DNA from: a virus
Taxonomy: Duplodnaviria; Caudoviricetes
Length of the DNA: 64,000 nucleotides
Reading direction: 5' to 3' (one strand)
Virus record (IMG/VR): IMGVR_UViG_3300033121_001723
Coordinates: 11,954-75,953 of that record
The first letter of the stretch is position 1. The number at the start of each line of letters is the position of its first letter. Below are positions 1-9,145 of the stretch, in pieces. The notes beneath the pieces were generated by a model that searched no databases, was not told the origin of the DNA, and saw only the letters and a program-made list of their open reading frames with translations. A program made the position numbers and the translations under genes.

Positions 1-43
1 TACACCGTTTCTGGTCCCGGACGACAAACCGGTCCGGACGGAT

Positions 44-76
44 AAAAACCAAGGGCGGACCCACGGCCGCCCTTGG
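44..76 (-). terminator. Intrinsic terminator after ORF 110..1825
   Basis: 10-bp stem CCAAGGGCGG/CCGCCCTTGG preceded by AAAAA on +, i.e. a U-tract on -. Confidence 0.65.
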
Positions 77-109
77 AAACATTCTCAAAAAGCAGCAGAT
101 TTCCGCAGA

Positions 110-1825
110 CTACTTGTCGTCGGTTTTCGCGGCTTCCTTCTTGGCATCCTGGTCGTCCAGGTAGGCCACAAACTCCTTCAAGTCGGCCGTCCGCTGCTCG
201 ATCTCGGCGATGACCCGTCGCGGCTTGTTGGCGATCTTGCCCAGCTCCGCCAGTTCACGCTCTTCGTCGGCGATCATAAGCGCCACAGCCCCGGTGCTGA
301 GACCCTCGACAGATTTGCCGTTGATGGTGTAATTGGCTTGCAGTTTGAGTCCCATGTTCGTCGATACTTTCTCTTCTGTTGTCTGGACTTCAGCCCCCTG
401 ACACACGTCAGAGGTTTCACTGTTGTCCGGTTCATGCATCAATGCTGTGTACAGCACCTTGGCGATCCCGCAGCAGATCGCATTTCGCTCTGTTGCCTCT
501 GGTATCAAGTTACCTAGAGGCAGGTTGAAATGTGCCAAATCGGACTGCCGGAGGAGCCAGTCTCGGATTCCTTGTAGCGTATCGTTTTCCGGTGGGTTTC
601 GCCTCAGCTCCGACCACCAACGATGCAGAGTGGAGAACTGGTAACCGGTGACCGGTCCAACCGTGTTGTCTATCGCCCACGTCGGTTCATGCGGCCACGA
701 CAATCCGGCCCGGTGTGTATGCTTGGCGAAAACCCATCGTGTCAACGCCTCAGCCCCTAGCACCGCATCCAATCCGTTGAAGATCGTGTTAACCCGGATG
801 TAGCGGGCGGCGGCCAGGTAGATCGCCTCTTCGGAGGTCAACCTCTGGGTGAAATCCCGCGGCATACTGGCGACGAACCGTTCCAGATGTGACTCCATAA
901 CCTCCGGCTGTTGGGTCACATACTTGCACGGAATAATCAGCGTCAATGCGACCAATCGGTGGTAAATCGCCTGTGTCACAAGAGTATCGTCAGTACACCA
1001 CTGCCGATTCCACAGCTTGCCGACGTACTCAAACCGATACCAAGCCCGGATCTTATCCAGCCACTCGCGACGGTTCTGGAAATGGTTTTGTCCGTGCCCC
1101 AAAATAAACTCGTTGGCGAGCTCGTCTGGCGTCCGATCTTGGCCTCTCCGAGCCACCGCTGGCTTTTCGATAACTCCTCCTTTCTCTGGTTTTTTGTCGT
1201 AGACCATCTGCAGGAAATCCACGATCTCCTTACCCGCCAAATATCTGCTGCCGGCCACGACCACCGACTGGCTTTCAATCGCCCCTGTCACCACTGCGGC
1301 AAGCCGCCCCTGCTCCAATTCCTCCAGCAGTGCCGGACTCTTCAAAACCTTGTCTACGGCGTTCAGCAAGTGCGTAGGATCTCTAAAGCCTCTTGTGCGG
1401 CCGTCGTAATGCATCCAACGGTAGGCGAGCCGGCCGATGAATATCCGTTGATACTCCAGTCCGTTGCGGGACAGGAGTTCCGCGGTTTTCGCAAACACCT
1501 TACGGAAGCTGTCATTGCTCCAGTCCTCCGTGACATTCGCCGCCTTTCGTAGAATCTGGAACAACCGCTCCACAGCGGTTGGAGACGCCCACTCGTAGCT
1601 TGCCGGAGAAAATCCGGTAGCGGCCTCTGGGGAACCTTCATGAACCCGATACCGTTGGTAATCCGCCAACAGGGCCTTCAGACAGGTATACTCCCGAACC
1701 GGTAACGAGGACCAGCCCATCTCCCGTTGGACGGCCGCAACACTGGCGGGAAAATCACAATCCGGCCTCAGCATAAGCTCGACGGCGCCACGCCGTACGA
1801 TCTCTTTCAAATACTCAAGTAGCAT
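110..1825 (-). CDS. Hypothetical protein (571 aa) with a C-terminal ~60-aa helical module shared with the upstream gene
   Basis: Long ORF, GGAGGAG RBS before ATG; C-terminus YTINGKSV...EEREL...KPRRV...YLDD. Confidence 0.75.
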   Translation of the reverse strand: MLLEYLKEIVRRGAVELMLRPDCDFPASVAAVQREMGWSSLPVREYTCLKALLADYQRYRVHEGSPEAATGFSPASYEWASPTAVERLFQILRKAANVTEDWSNDSFRKVFAKTAELLSRNGLEYQRIFIGRLAYRWMHYDGRTRGFRDPTHLLNAVDKVLKSPALLEELEQGRLAAVVTGAIESQSVVVAGSRYLAGKEIVDFLQMVYDKKPEKGGVIEKPAVARRGQDRTPDELANEFILGHGQNHFQNRREWLDKIRAWYRFEYVGKLWNRQWCTDDTLVTQAIYHRLVALTLIIPCKYVTQQPEVMESHLERFVASMPRDFTQRLTSEEAIYLAAARYIRVNTIFNGLDAVLGAEALTRWVFAKHTHRAGLSWPHEPTWAIDNTVGPVTGYQFSTLHRWWSELRRNPPENDTLQGIRDWLLRQSDLAHFNLPLGNLIPEATERNAICCGIAKVLYTALMHEPDNSETSDVCQGAEVQTTEEKVSTNMGLKLQANYTINGKSVEGLSTGAVALMIADEERELAELGKIANKPRRVIAEIEQRTADLKEFVAYLDDQDAKKEAAKTDDK

Positions 1826-1860
1826 CGTTCAGACTCCTCCAAACCTCTCGGGGACTGGAA

Positions 1861-2781
1861 CTACTCGGAGGCTGTCTGCGGACCTTCGTCCATGTCGTCC
1901 AGGATCTTGACCAGCCGATCCAAAGTCGCCTGCCGTTTGGCAATATCGGCCTTAACCCGCTTCGGCCGTGCCTTGAGCTTGGCCAACGCCTCCAGAGCCT
2001 CCTCTTCGCTCCGGATCAGCTCCGTAATCTGTTCGTTCGTCAACTCACGGACGTCCGTGCCATTGACATAGGTGATGGTCTCGATCGTGATTCCATTCGG
2101 TTTCGCTTGCCCCATGGTCTGTTGTGGCTCCTCTGAATTGAGCAGATTCTCGCTGAAATCCGCAAACTTGTGAACATCTTTGGTACGCTCAGGGACACGC
2201 TCCCAGAGCTCTCCGGCAACTGCCTTGATCTCTTCATCGGTAGGCTCAGGCACCAGACAACTTAGATTGTGCTTGACCATCCTCAGGGCCCCGTCGGTTG
2301 ACCTGAAGGCTGTGTGCCAGTTCTTGTCGATGGCCGTGATTTCAATGGCCGCACACTTAACCCACTCAGAACCGGCCTTCGGCTTCCGGTGCTTATATCG
2401 GTTCTCCTGTAGAAACTTATTCAAGAACCGGCCTTTGAGCTCATCCCCTCGCCGGACCTTGGCAAGCTCCTCCTCGGAGATGTAATCCCTGTAGTGCTGC
2501 ATCACAGCCCAGGCAATCCCCGGACACTCGCAGTCCCAGAACTGGGACCAAGCCGACACATCGCCGACAGTGGGTTGTGTGCTACCGCGAATTCCGATAC
2601 CGGGTCTCCAACCGATATTGAGACCGCACACCCGCTTGCCGTGCTTGTACACAGCTCCACGGATATCCATGCAGCGGTGATCCATCACACACTGGTAGAA
2701 TTCGTGATCGTTGACGAGCTCCACCGCCCGCATCTCACACCACTCGTCGAACTCTCGCTGCCCCGTGTAGGGCGTATTCAT
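1861..2781 (-). CDS. Hypothetical protein with the same C-terminal module
   Basis: GGAGG RBS before ATG at 2781 (MNTPYT); C-terminus TYVNGTDV...EEEAL...RPKRV...ILDD. Confidence 0.75.
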   Translation of the reverse strand: MNTPYTGQREFDEWCEMRAVELVNDHEFYQCVMDHRCMDIRGAVYKHGKRVCGLNIGWRPGIGIRGSTQPTVGDVSAWSQFWDCECPGIAWAVMQHYRDYISEEELAKVRRGDELKGRFLNKFLQENRYKHRKPKAGSEWVKCAAIEITAIDKNWHTAFRSTDGALRMVKHNLSCLVPEPTDEEIKAVAGELWERVPERTKDVHKFADFSENLLNSEEPQQTMGQAKPNGITIETITYVNGTDVRELTNEQITELIRSEEEALEALAKLKARPKRVKADIAKRQATLDRLVKILDDMDEGPQTASE

Positions 2782-2805
2782 CTGTTGTCTGCCTCCTCTC
2801 TCCTG

Positions 2806-2819
2806 AATTTCCGGAAATT
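2806..2819. promoter_or_regulatory. Palindromic site AATTTCCGGAAATT (copy 1)
   Basis: Perfect 14-bp palindrome between stop 2825 and the RBS of the gene starting at 2781. Confidence 0.7.
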
Positions 2820-2824
2820 GACCG

Positions 2825-3163
2825 TCAGAACCATCTGAACAGTCTGACATACCACGGACATTGACTGTCCGCATCTACCCGGGCATTCATTTGGAGGTGG
2901 TCCCAGACCACTCGTTCAATATGCCGTACGGCGACCGAAACCCGGTGCACCTCCCACGGCTCGCTTGCCACCTGCGACGCAAAGTCTGACAGACTCTGGC
3001 TGCCCCCCTCTGCAAAATAGCCTTCGATCAACTTGATCATCTGGCCCATCGCCACCTCATCGGTTGGATCTTCGCTCAGTTCGACGAGGAGGTCGCGGGC
3101 AAGCAACTTAGGGTCAATCCTATAGTCGCGACTCCCCTCACGAAACGACAGGCTTCCCACCAT
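2825..3163 (-). CDS. Hypothetical protein
   Basis: ORF in the operon run; start placed at ATG 3163 after GAGAGAG. Confidence 0.55.
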   Translation of the reverse strand: MVGSLSFREGSRDYRIDPKLLARDLLVELSEDPTDEVAMGQMIKLIEGYFAEGGSQSLSDFASQVASEPWEVHRVSVAVRHIERVVWDHLQMNARVDADSQCPWYVRLFRWF

Positions 3164-4655
3164 CTCTCTCGGTCTCCCAGAAATAACGTTCTGCCACTTT
3201 GAAACAGCGGAACTGGAATGCCGCACCGCTGTCCCCCTCGCCTGCCTGTACCGTCTGCTCCACGACGTCTTGCGGAAGGCCCAGCAGAATTCTCTGGGCT
3301 ATTTTTCGCCGCCCTTGCTCTGGCGGCGAGTTCAGTTCGACGACCTTGTCGATCCGTCCAGGTCTGGTGACATACGACCCGTCTGGCAACTTACGCATCA
3401 GGGCTTCATCCAGCTGCTCGGGCTTGTTTGAGGTCACGAAGACGCAGACCCCAGCCGAGGCGGAAATCCCGTCCAGGCTGTTCAGCAAACATTCGTAGCC
3501 TAAAACCACACCCTCGCGGGGCTTGTCGCCTGAAAACACCCGGTCGAGATCCTCCAACACTGCTACACAGGGGGCGTGACCATCCAGCATACGCGACCAC
3601 TCCCGGGCCAGCTCTGCATTTGTCAAACTGGCCAAGTCGTAGAGGAACACCGGCAGTCCCAACCCAGCAGCCATGGCCCGGATTACAGACGTCTTGCCAT
3701 TTCCTGGCGGACCTACCAGTCCGTAGCCCCGTTTCCACGGTACTCCGCGAGCAGTAAACCAGCTGCGGCCTGTTTTCCAGTGGGTCAATTCTTGGAATAT
3801 CTCCAAGACCTCGTCCGACACCCAAAGGTCCTCCAACCGGCTACCTAGAGACAACCCGCGTCTGATGTCGTTACTGGACAGCATACATGGAGTATCTCCA
3901 GCCTCTTCGAACGGGGTTGACCCACTGGTATCTAGCTCTAACGCCGCCCCGGTGGCCTGCGCCTGCATAGCAGCTGCTACCTGAGTAGCCGGACTGTCGT
4001 CTGACGGCTCTCCAGGTCTCAGGACTCGCGACTTCGAACTGACATAGGATTGAGCCGTACCGGTGATAGGGCGTACGAAAAACCTGTTGTATTCGGCCGC
4101 ACTGGCGTACCACTGAGTCCGGGTCCGGACCATGTCAGTCAACACATGATCCGGAGACAACAACCAACGAAATGTCACCAGAACGGTGTTCACGCTGTTG
4201 TTGTCGTTGATGTTGTTGCCGGCGCTGTTGACTGACTTTGTAAAGATGTTGTTGCCGGCGCTGTTGACTGACTTTGTAAACCAGACAGGCTTCCATCCAT
4301 GCACCAACCATAGAGATTGTAGAGGGATCAGCCGGTATAGAAACGGAATGTATCCGCCACCTTGATCTTCGTGGTAGGCCGCCCAGCTCCGTTCGCGAGT
4401 CAAGCACTCCTGAGTGGCCAACCTGTGCGTGGTGCCGTATTGAACGTTGTTGACGTGCACCATTCTTCCGTTAGCTTTCAGCCATCGGTAGACTTGCCAC
4501 GCGTATACATCCGTACCGAACGTGTCGATCCGGATGATCACCAGGGATTCGATGTACCGCCAGAATCCGAGCACCGCGTTTCTGGCGGCGTAGAACACAG
4601 TACTGACCGCCGCCAAGCCTGCCAGTACCCAAGCCCCATGTTCGTCCAAGTCCAT
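3138..4655 (-). CDS. BCS1-like AAA+ ATPase with N-terminal membrane anchor
   Basis: N-terminal hydrophobic helix; PWKRGYGLVGPPGNGKTS (Walker A), AVLEDLD (Walker B), FVTSN, RPGRID (SRH). Confidence 0.8.
   Translation of the reverse strand: MDLDEHGAWVLAGLAAVSTVFYAARNAVLGFWRYIESLVIIRIDTFGTDVYAWQVYRWLKANGRMVHVNNVQYGTTHRLATQECLTRERSWAAYHEDQGGGYIPFLYRLIPLQSLWLVHGWKPVWFTKSVNSAGNNIFTKSVNSAGNNINDNNSVNTVLVTFRWLLSPDHVLTDMVRTRTQWYASAAEYNRFFVRPITGTAQSYVSSKSRVLRPGEPSDDSPATQVAAAMQAQATGAALELDTSGSTPFEEAGDTPCMLSSNDIRRGLSLGSRLEDLWVSDEVLEIFQELTHWKTGRSWFTARGVPWKRGYGLVGPPGNGKTSVIRAMAAGLGLPVFLYDLASLTNAELAREWSRMLDGHAPCVAVLEDLDRVFSGDKPREGVVLGYECLLNSLDGISASAGVCVFVTSNKPEQLDEALMRKLPDGSYVTRPGRIDKVVELNSPPEQGRRKIAQRILLGLPQDVVEQTVQAGEGDSGAAFQFRCFKVAERYFWETERDGGKPVVS
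4209..4280. repeat. Perfect 36-bp tandem duplication inside the AAA gene
   Basis: GATGTTGTTGCCGGCGCTGTTGACTGACTTTGTAAA x2; encodes FTKSVNSAGNNI twice. Confidence 0.95.
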
Positions 4656-4664
4656 CCCTTTCGT

Positions 4665-5084
4665 TCAGACTACAACACTTTCTTTCACAGCGTCGGCATC
4701 AGAGGGCTCGTTATACAGTTCGGTGTATATCTCCCGGGCTCTCGCCCAGACCGGATGCCCTCCCTCCAAATCCGACGTCACAATAATCTTGTCCTTGAGG
4801 ACCTTGTCTGCCAGCAGCAACGCCGTGCAGACACACAGCTCCATGATCTCGCCGCGAGCTTTGAAGTGCTCCTTGACCGCCGTGCTCGATCGCGGTATCC
4901 GAAATGGCTCCTCTGTCAGCGCTCCGGTGTCGCTGAACGTCAGAACGTCCCTGAGCCGCACGTACTCCAACTTAACACAGTCGCAGCGGGCCCAGTCGAC
5001 TATCTTCAGAATCTTGCTTCCCAGCTCTTCCCACTCGGCCCTGCTCGGCTTTCTGACGACGGTCCAATAGTGTGTAAATCCCAT
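4665..5084 (-). CDS. Hypothetical protein (MGFTHYW N-terminus)
   Basis: GGGGGAG RBS; TGATG overlap with the upstream gene. Confidence 0.7.
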   Translation of the reverse strand: MGFTHYWTVVRKPSRAEWEELGSKILKIVDWARCDCVKLEYVRLRDVLTFSDTGALTEEPFRIPRSSTAVKEHFKARGEIMELCVCTALLLADKVLKDKIIVTSDLEGGHPVWARAREIYTELYNEPSDADAVKESVVV

Positions 5085-5443
5085 CAGCACTCCCCCAAGA
5101 ACAGATTCCTATGCCCGGCAAATACGCTCGGTTCGTAATGTTTCGGCCTCCTGACCCCGAGCCCTATCAGCAGCAGAACCCGGAGTACATATGCCTCGTG
5201 TATCAACGGCCACCGGTCAGCGTGGTTGTCATCTCGGGTCGCATGAATAAACGCCAGCTGGACGACCTTCCAGTCCTCCGCCTCCCGGGCCAGCCAGGCG
5301 TCGATGGCGGCGTTGGTGTCCGCCTTGTCCATCAGAGCCTTGTGCACCGGTGCCTTCTCGTAGAACTCCAGCAAGGCCTGCCTGACCTTCTTGAAGTCTT
5401 TCATCGCTTCCGGAGACGGAACCCACTTTTCTTTTTTAACCAT
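5084..5443 (-). CDS. Hypothetical protein
   Basis: TGATG-coupled at both ends; start 5443 (MVKKEK). Confidence 0.6.
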   Translation of the reverse strand: MVKKEKWVPSPEAMKDFKKVRQALLEFYEKAPVHKALMDKADTNAAIDAWLAREAEDWKVVQLAFIHATRDDNHADRWPLIHEAYVLRVLLLIGLGVRRPKHYEPSVFAGHRNLFLGEC

Positions 5444-6021
5444 CAGTACAGGTCTCCCGGTTTTCCCACATAAATCAGGTCTGGCACTTCGTACACGAAT
5501 ACTCCGTCCAGATCCACCGGTTCGCTCGCATTGCCCATGAGGGTCGCGGATTCCCACCCAGGACTATTCTCTTCCTCCAGCTGGTACTCGCAGTACCGCT
5601 CAGGAGGGATTACCAGCTGGTCGGCCGCCGCATCACACTCGTCGATCAACGTCTCGATATGGTCATCCCCGTAGGCCTCGACGACGTAGTGATCCCCGCT
5701 CGGAAGCAACACGACTTTCGCTTCGCCACTACATGCCCCCGGGTTGACCACAACAGTCTCCGTATACCTCACCCCGTTCAAGGTGTAATGGGCCGTTACC
5801 GGAAAGACTTGGGTGACAAACGCCTCCCAATACCCCGGCGGAACAGCCAGCCCGTGGGAATCCATGTCATTGACATGGCCCCACTGTGCGGCTGACTGCC
5901 TCTCCTCCTCGGAAAACTCCGTCGCATCAGTTGCGGAGTCCACCCATCCGCGTTCAACGTTCCAGCACTGAGTGGACTCGGTGTCCGGGTGGTGCAGGAT
6001 GTAGGTGCGAATCTCGGCCAC
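5443..6021 (-). CDS. Hypothetical acidic protein
   Basis: ORF abutting both neighbours. Confidence 0.65.
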   Translation of the reverse strand: MAEIRTYILHHPDTESTQCWNVERGWVDSATDATEFSEEERQSAAQWGHVNDMDSHGLAVPPGYWEAFVTQVFPVTAHYTLNGVRYTETVVVNPGACSGEAKVVLLPSGDHYVVEAYGDDHIETLIDECDAAADQLVIPPERYCEYQLEEENSPGWESATLMGNASEPVDLDGVFVYEVPDLIYVGKPGDLY

Positions 6022-7185
6022 TTACTCTGCCTTGGCCGTCGCCACCTTACCGAACTTCGCCAAGGCTGCGTCAGCCTTGGCAACAGAATCCAGATTTCGC
6101 AGCGCACGCTTGGAGACCTTTCGACCCTCCGACTGCATGATCTGCGGGAAATAGCTCAGACAACAATACGCGAACCGTGAAATCGCCTTGGAGGCGTTGT
6201 GGTAGTCCTCGTAGAACTCCGGGCTGTGGACGTGAGTTTCCGAGTCTGGTGCTCCGTGAATGTACTCATGCAGTAGCAGGGCCCCCACATTGCCGAATCC
6301 TTGCACGTTGAATGGCTGCTTCATCAACCACTCCCGGGCAATGGCAATCCAAGAACAACCATTCGTCCAGCCTGCTAGAGACAGACTGCTGCCGATCATG
6401 TACTGCCGCTCCTTGCACGCCACATCCGAGAACTGCTTGACGATACTCACGATTTCGTGACCGCACTTTTCCATCAGCCGCAACCATACCAGCTCGTTGG
6501 GGCAGTAATCCTTAACAGCCAGCAGTTTGTGGTCACTCCGAAGTGCCTTGGCCAAGTCCTCAAACTGGGCAATGGTAAACTTGGCGTAATGCGGTAAATC
6601 GCACTTCACCACCAGTTCTTCCAAGCTGTCGACTCCGAAGTCTGACAGTACAGACTCGCACAGAACTTGGGCTATACCATCCTGCTGCAGTTTATCCCCA
6701 ATCGGATCTCGTGCCTTGCACCATGTGATGGTTCTGCCGGTGGTGAACACGACGTTCGGAGTCGTACATTTTCCATTCACCAGTTCCAAGACCTTCAACC
6801 GGCAGAAATCCCACCATTTCATTTCTCCGGTTACAAACTGGGCGATCAGCCGAGAACGCTCGCCGTCTGTGAGCTGTCCGCGGCCCATCCGAAATGTCCC
6901 GTAGACTTTACCTTCCTCGGGTGTGTGCGGAGCTCCGAAGACTTCGAACAACCGCCGTACCTCGTCTGCCGACATGCCCTTGCCATTGTCGACGACTTCC
7001 AGATCAGTCTCCGACAAGGCAATCCGGCACTCCGTAGCCTTGGCGTCCACGGCATTCATAACCCCTTCGAGGATAGCCTTGGCCAGGGTACCGGCCTGTC
7101 GCTTGATCGTATCGATCAGCAGTTTTTCGTTCATCTGAAATCGACGATCTTCGACGACTGGTTTCTGTGTTTTCGCTCTACTCAT
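6022..7185 (-). CDS. GHKL (HATPase_c)-like N-terminal domain fused to a C-terminal HExxH domain; possibly internally deleted
   Basis: ILEGVMNAVDA (N box), VVDNGKGMS (G1 box), GTFRMGRGQL; C-terminal LLHEYIH...HVHSPEFY. Confidence 0.65.
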   Translation of the reverse strand: MSRAKTQKPVVEDRRFQMNEKLLIDTIKRQAGTLAKAILEGVMNAVDAKATECRIALSETDLEVVDNGKGMSADEVRRLFEVFGAPHTPEEGKVYGTFRMGRGQLTDGERSRLIAQFVTGEMKWWDFCRLKVLELVNGKCTTPNVVFTTGRTITWCKARDPIGDKLQQDGIAQVLCESVLSDFGVDSLEELVVKCDLPHYAKFTIAQFEDLAKALRSDHKLLAVKDYCPNELVWLRLMEKCGHEIVSIVKQFSDVACKERQYMIGSSLSLAGWTNGCSWIAIAREWLMKQPFNVQGFGNVGALLLHEYIHGAPDSETHVHSPEFYEDYHNASKAISRFAYCCLSYFPQIMQSEGRKVSKRALRNLDSVAKADAALAKFGKVATAKAE

Positions 7186-7612
7186 CAGACGCTGTCCTTT
7201 TGTGTTCTTTAATGACTTCACCGTTTTGCATCAGCACGACAAACTCGCCACTAGCCCGGCCTTTGCCAGACTTGGACTGCCTAACATAGGTACGGAAGGC
7301 CTCTTCTGCCGTTTCGATACTGTCGTCGTCGTAGACTGTGCCGACATTGCCGACGATCACCTGTATCGCAGGCGGACCGCCATCCTCTATCTGCCATACC
7401 ACTCGCTTGCCGAAGTCACCCACAGACCCTGGCAGGTCTGTCGCCGCATAGGCCAGCTCTACCAAAGCCGGAAGCGCAGCTACCTTGCGCACCAAGTCCA
7501 ACATTACCGAATCGCTCAAATCGCTGTTCTTTGGGATCAGGCATATGGCTTTGCCTCCAGCTACTTCCAAGCAGGCATAACAGTCTTCTCGCTCTTCCAC
7601 AATCCAGCCCAT
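7178..7612 (-). CDS. Hypothetical protein
   Basis: GGAGGTG RBS before ATG 7612 (MGWIVEE); the upstream part of the track ORF is probably non-coding. Confidence 0.65.
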   Translation of the reverse strand: MGWIVEEREDCYACLEVAGGKAICLIPKNSDLSDSVMLDLVRKVAALPALVELAYAATDLPGSVGDFGKRVVWQIEDGGPPAIQVIVGNVGTVYDDDSIETAEEAFRTYVRQSKSGKGRASGEFVVLMQNGEVIKEHKRTASDE

Positions 7613-7629
7613 TCTAACACCTCCAAGGA

Positions 7630-7959
7630 CTATACGACCATTTCCACCAGCTTCAGCAGCTCCAGTAGGATCTCGTGCATGGCTTCTGAAACGAGAGCCT
7701 TGAAACTGAAGACCCGGTACTCCGGACCGCCCGGAGAATTCACCATAGCCTCCATCTGATCGATTCCTGTGTCGGCCAAATCTTCCCGGCCGAGTATCCT
7801 GAACAGCGTCTTGCGAAGCTGCCGCCGCAGGATGGAGATCTTCTGGGCCGGCAGTAACCCAAACTGGAGCCGTATCCGCTCGTCTTCGGTGAAGAGGTCG
7901 TACAGCCCAGCCGCCAGCGCCGCTGTATCCAGAGTGATCGGAAGCACTGTCAATTGCAT
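7630..7959 (-). CDS. Hypothetical protein
   Basis: Start placed at ATG 7959 (MQLTVL), AAGGT upstream. Confidence 0.5.
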   Translation of the reverse strand: MQLTVLPITLDTAALAAGLYDLFTEDERIRLQFGLLPAQKISILRRQLRKTLFRILGREDLADTGIDQMEAMVNSPGGPEYRVFSFKALVSEAMHEILLELLKLVEMVV

Positions 7960-8010
7960 ACGGATGACCTTCGTATTCCGGGTAATTAACGCCCCCGGCA
8001 GCCTGTCTGT

Positions 8011-8026
8011 GAATTTCCGGAAATTC
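8011..8026. promoter_or_regulatory. Palindromic site GAATTTCCGGAAATTC (copy 2)
   Basis: Perfect 16-bp palindrome ~50 bp upstream of the 7959 start. Confidence 0.7.
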
Positions 8027-8108
8027 AACCGCCTGCGCGCGCTTGTACTCAGCAGCAAACAACTGTACGTCGAGTTTGGATACATGACGCAACACGTTTA
8101 ACCAGTCG

Positions 8109-8138
8109 AAGTTAAGTAAATAATGCGACTGTTTTCAA
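8109..8138 (-). promoter_or_regulatory. Candidate sigma70-type promoter
   Basis: TTGAAA-N18-TAACTT on - in an AT-rich intergenic region. Confidence 0.35.
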
Positions 8139-8246
8139 ATCGAGCTATTGGCTCGTATCCGGACGGCCGACCAATCCAGGCCTCCGCCTCTGTCTGACTA
8201 CGTAAACTGCGTTCTATGAACAGTTTGCGTATTTTAATCCTCAACG

Positions 8247-8300
8247 AAAAAACCCTGAAATCCGACACCCGCTACGCGGGGTAAGAAATCAGGGCTTTTT
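8247..8300. terminator. Probable bidirectional terminator
   Basis: AAAAAA-CCCTGA...ACCCGC/GCGGGGT...TCAGGG-CTTTTT nested stem flanked by A and T tracts. Confidence 0.55.
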
Positions 8301-8320
8301 CTGTGACAAATAATCGCAAC

Positions 8321-8614
8321 TCAGTCTGTCAGCACCAAGTTGCTGCGGCGACAGTCCAGCCGGTTTTTGTTCTTGAATCCGACCCGTCTGGGAGCCTTGT
8401 CCGTACCCCGCAGCCGCTTGGCAACCTCTCGATGGAACCACATCAGACGCCTGTACTTTCCGTTTTTAGAACTCCGTGTTGGTCGGCAATACGCATATCC
8501 GAACTCGTGCTGGTACCAGATGTACTGCCCGAGGTCTGCGTCTTGTTTGGAAAACAGGATCTCCGATCCGGCAGTCGTGTACAGACGTTGAGCCACGCTG
8601 GTGCCCCCTCTCAA
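8321..8614 (-). CDS. HNH_3-like protein with degenerate active site
   Basis: WFHREV...VGFKNKNRLDCRRSNL matches the (M/L)HR...VDHxNxNxLDNRxxNL pattern with DH replaced by GF. Confidence 0.55.
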   Translation of the reverse strand: MRGGTSVAQRLYTTAGSEILFSKQDADLGQYIWYQHEFGYAYCRPTRSSKNGKYRRLMWFHREVAKRLRGTDKAPRRVGFKNKNRLDCRRSNLVLTD

Positions 8615-8632
8615 AGCAGCCTCGAAGCAGGC

Positions 8633-9145
8633 CTAGATGTCCTGCAGACAGATGTCGGGAATGATCCCGAGTAAAGCCATCTGAGCTGCCGTCAGCTCAA
8701 ATACGACCTCCGGATTCCGAATGATCTCGTGCTGCATTGCCGTCTGGTGCACCACGATAGCCCGCCGTTTACAGGCAAGCTGGTAGACCAGCGAGACATT
8801 CTCGGCCAGCTGTTCCAGATCGTCGTAGTCCCTGAATTGGCCATCCGAGTGCAAACTGACAATACCGAACGCCGTCGTGACCCCCTGCGACAACGCAACA
8901 AGGTCGTCATTGTCGGGGGCCGCCTCGGCAATTTCCATATCCAGCAGTTTCCGCCAAGACGCGGCCGACTTCCTCAACTTGTCGCACGCAGCTTCTAGTC
9001 TGAGTTTGTTGGCCTCCAGCGCCTTGTCCAAGAAGGGGCTAAGCTCACTGCCCGTGTAAGAGTACCGCATCCCACCGGTAACTTTCATCTGTTCAATCCG
9101 ACCTACCCGCTCTTGCGGGAATGAGAGATAACTGACCTCGGCCAT
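8633..9145 (-). CDS. Hypothetical helical protein translationally coupled to the tubulin gene
   Basis: TGATG overlap at 9143-9147. Confidence 0.65.
   Translation of the reverse strand: MAEVSYLSFPQERVGRIEQMKVTGGMRYSYTGSELSPFLDKALEANKLRLEAACDKLRKSAASWRKLLDMEIAEAAPDNDDLVALSQGVTTAFGIVSLHSDGQFRDYDDLEQLAENVSLVYQLACKRRAIVVHQTAMQHEIIRNPEVVFELTAAQMALLGIIPDICLQDI

Noticed and set aside
2806-2819. Palindrome as a host CodY box or as a CsrA-binding RNA hairpin
   Set aside because: It is one base shorter than the CodY consensus with different half-sites, and some copies lack the central GGA on the coding strand, so a CsrA-hairpin role is inconsistent.
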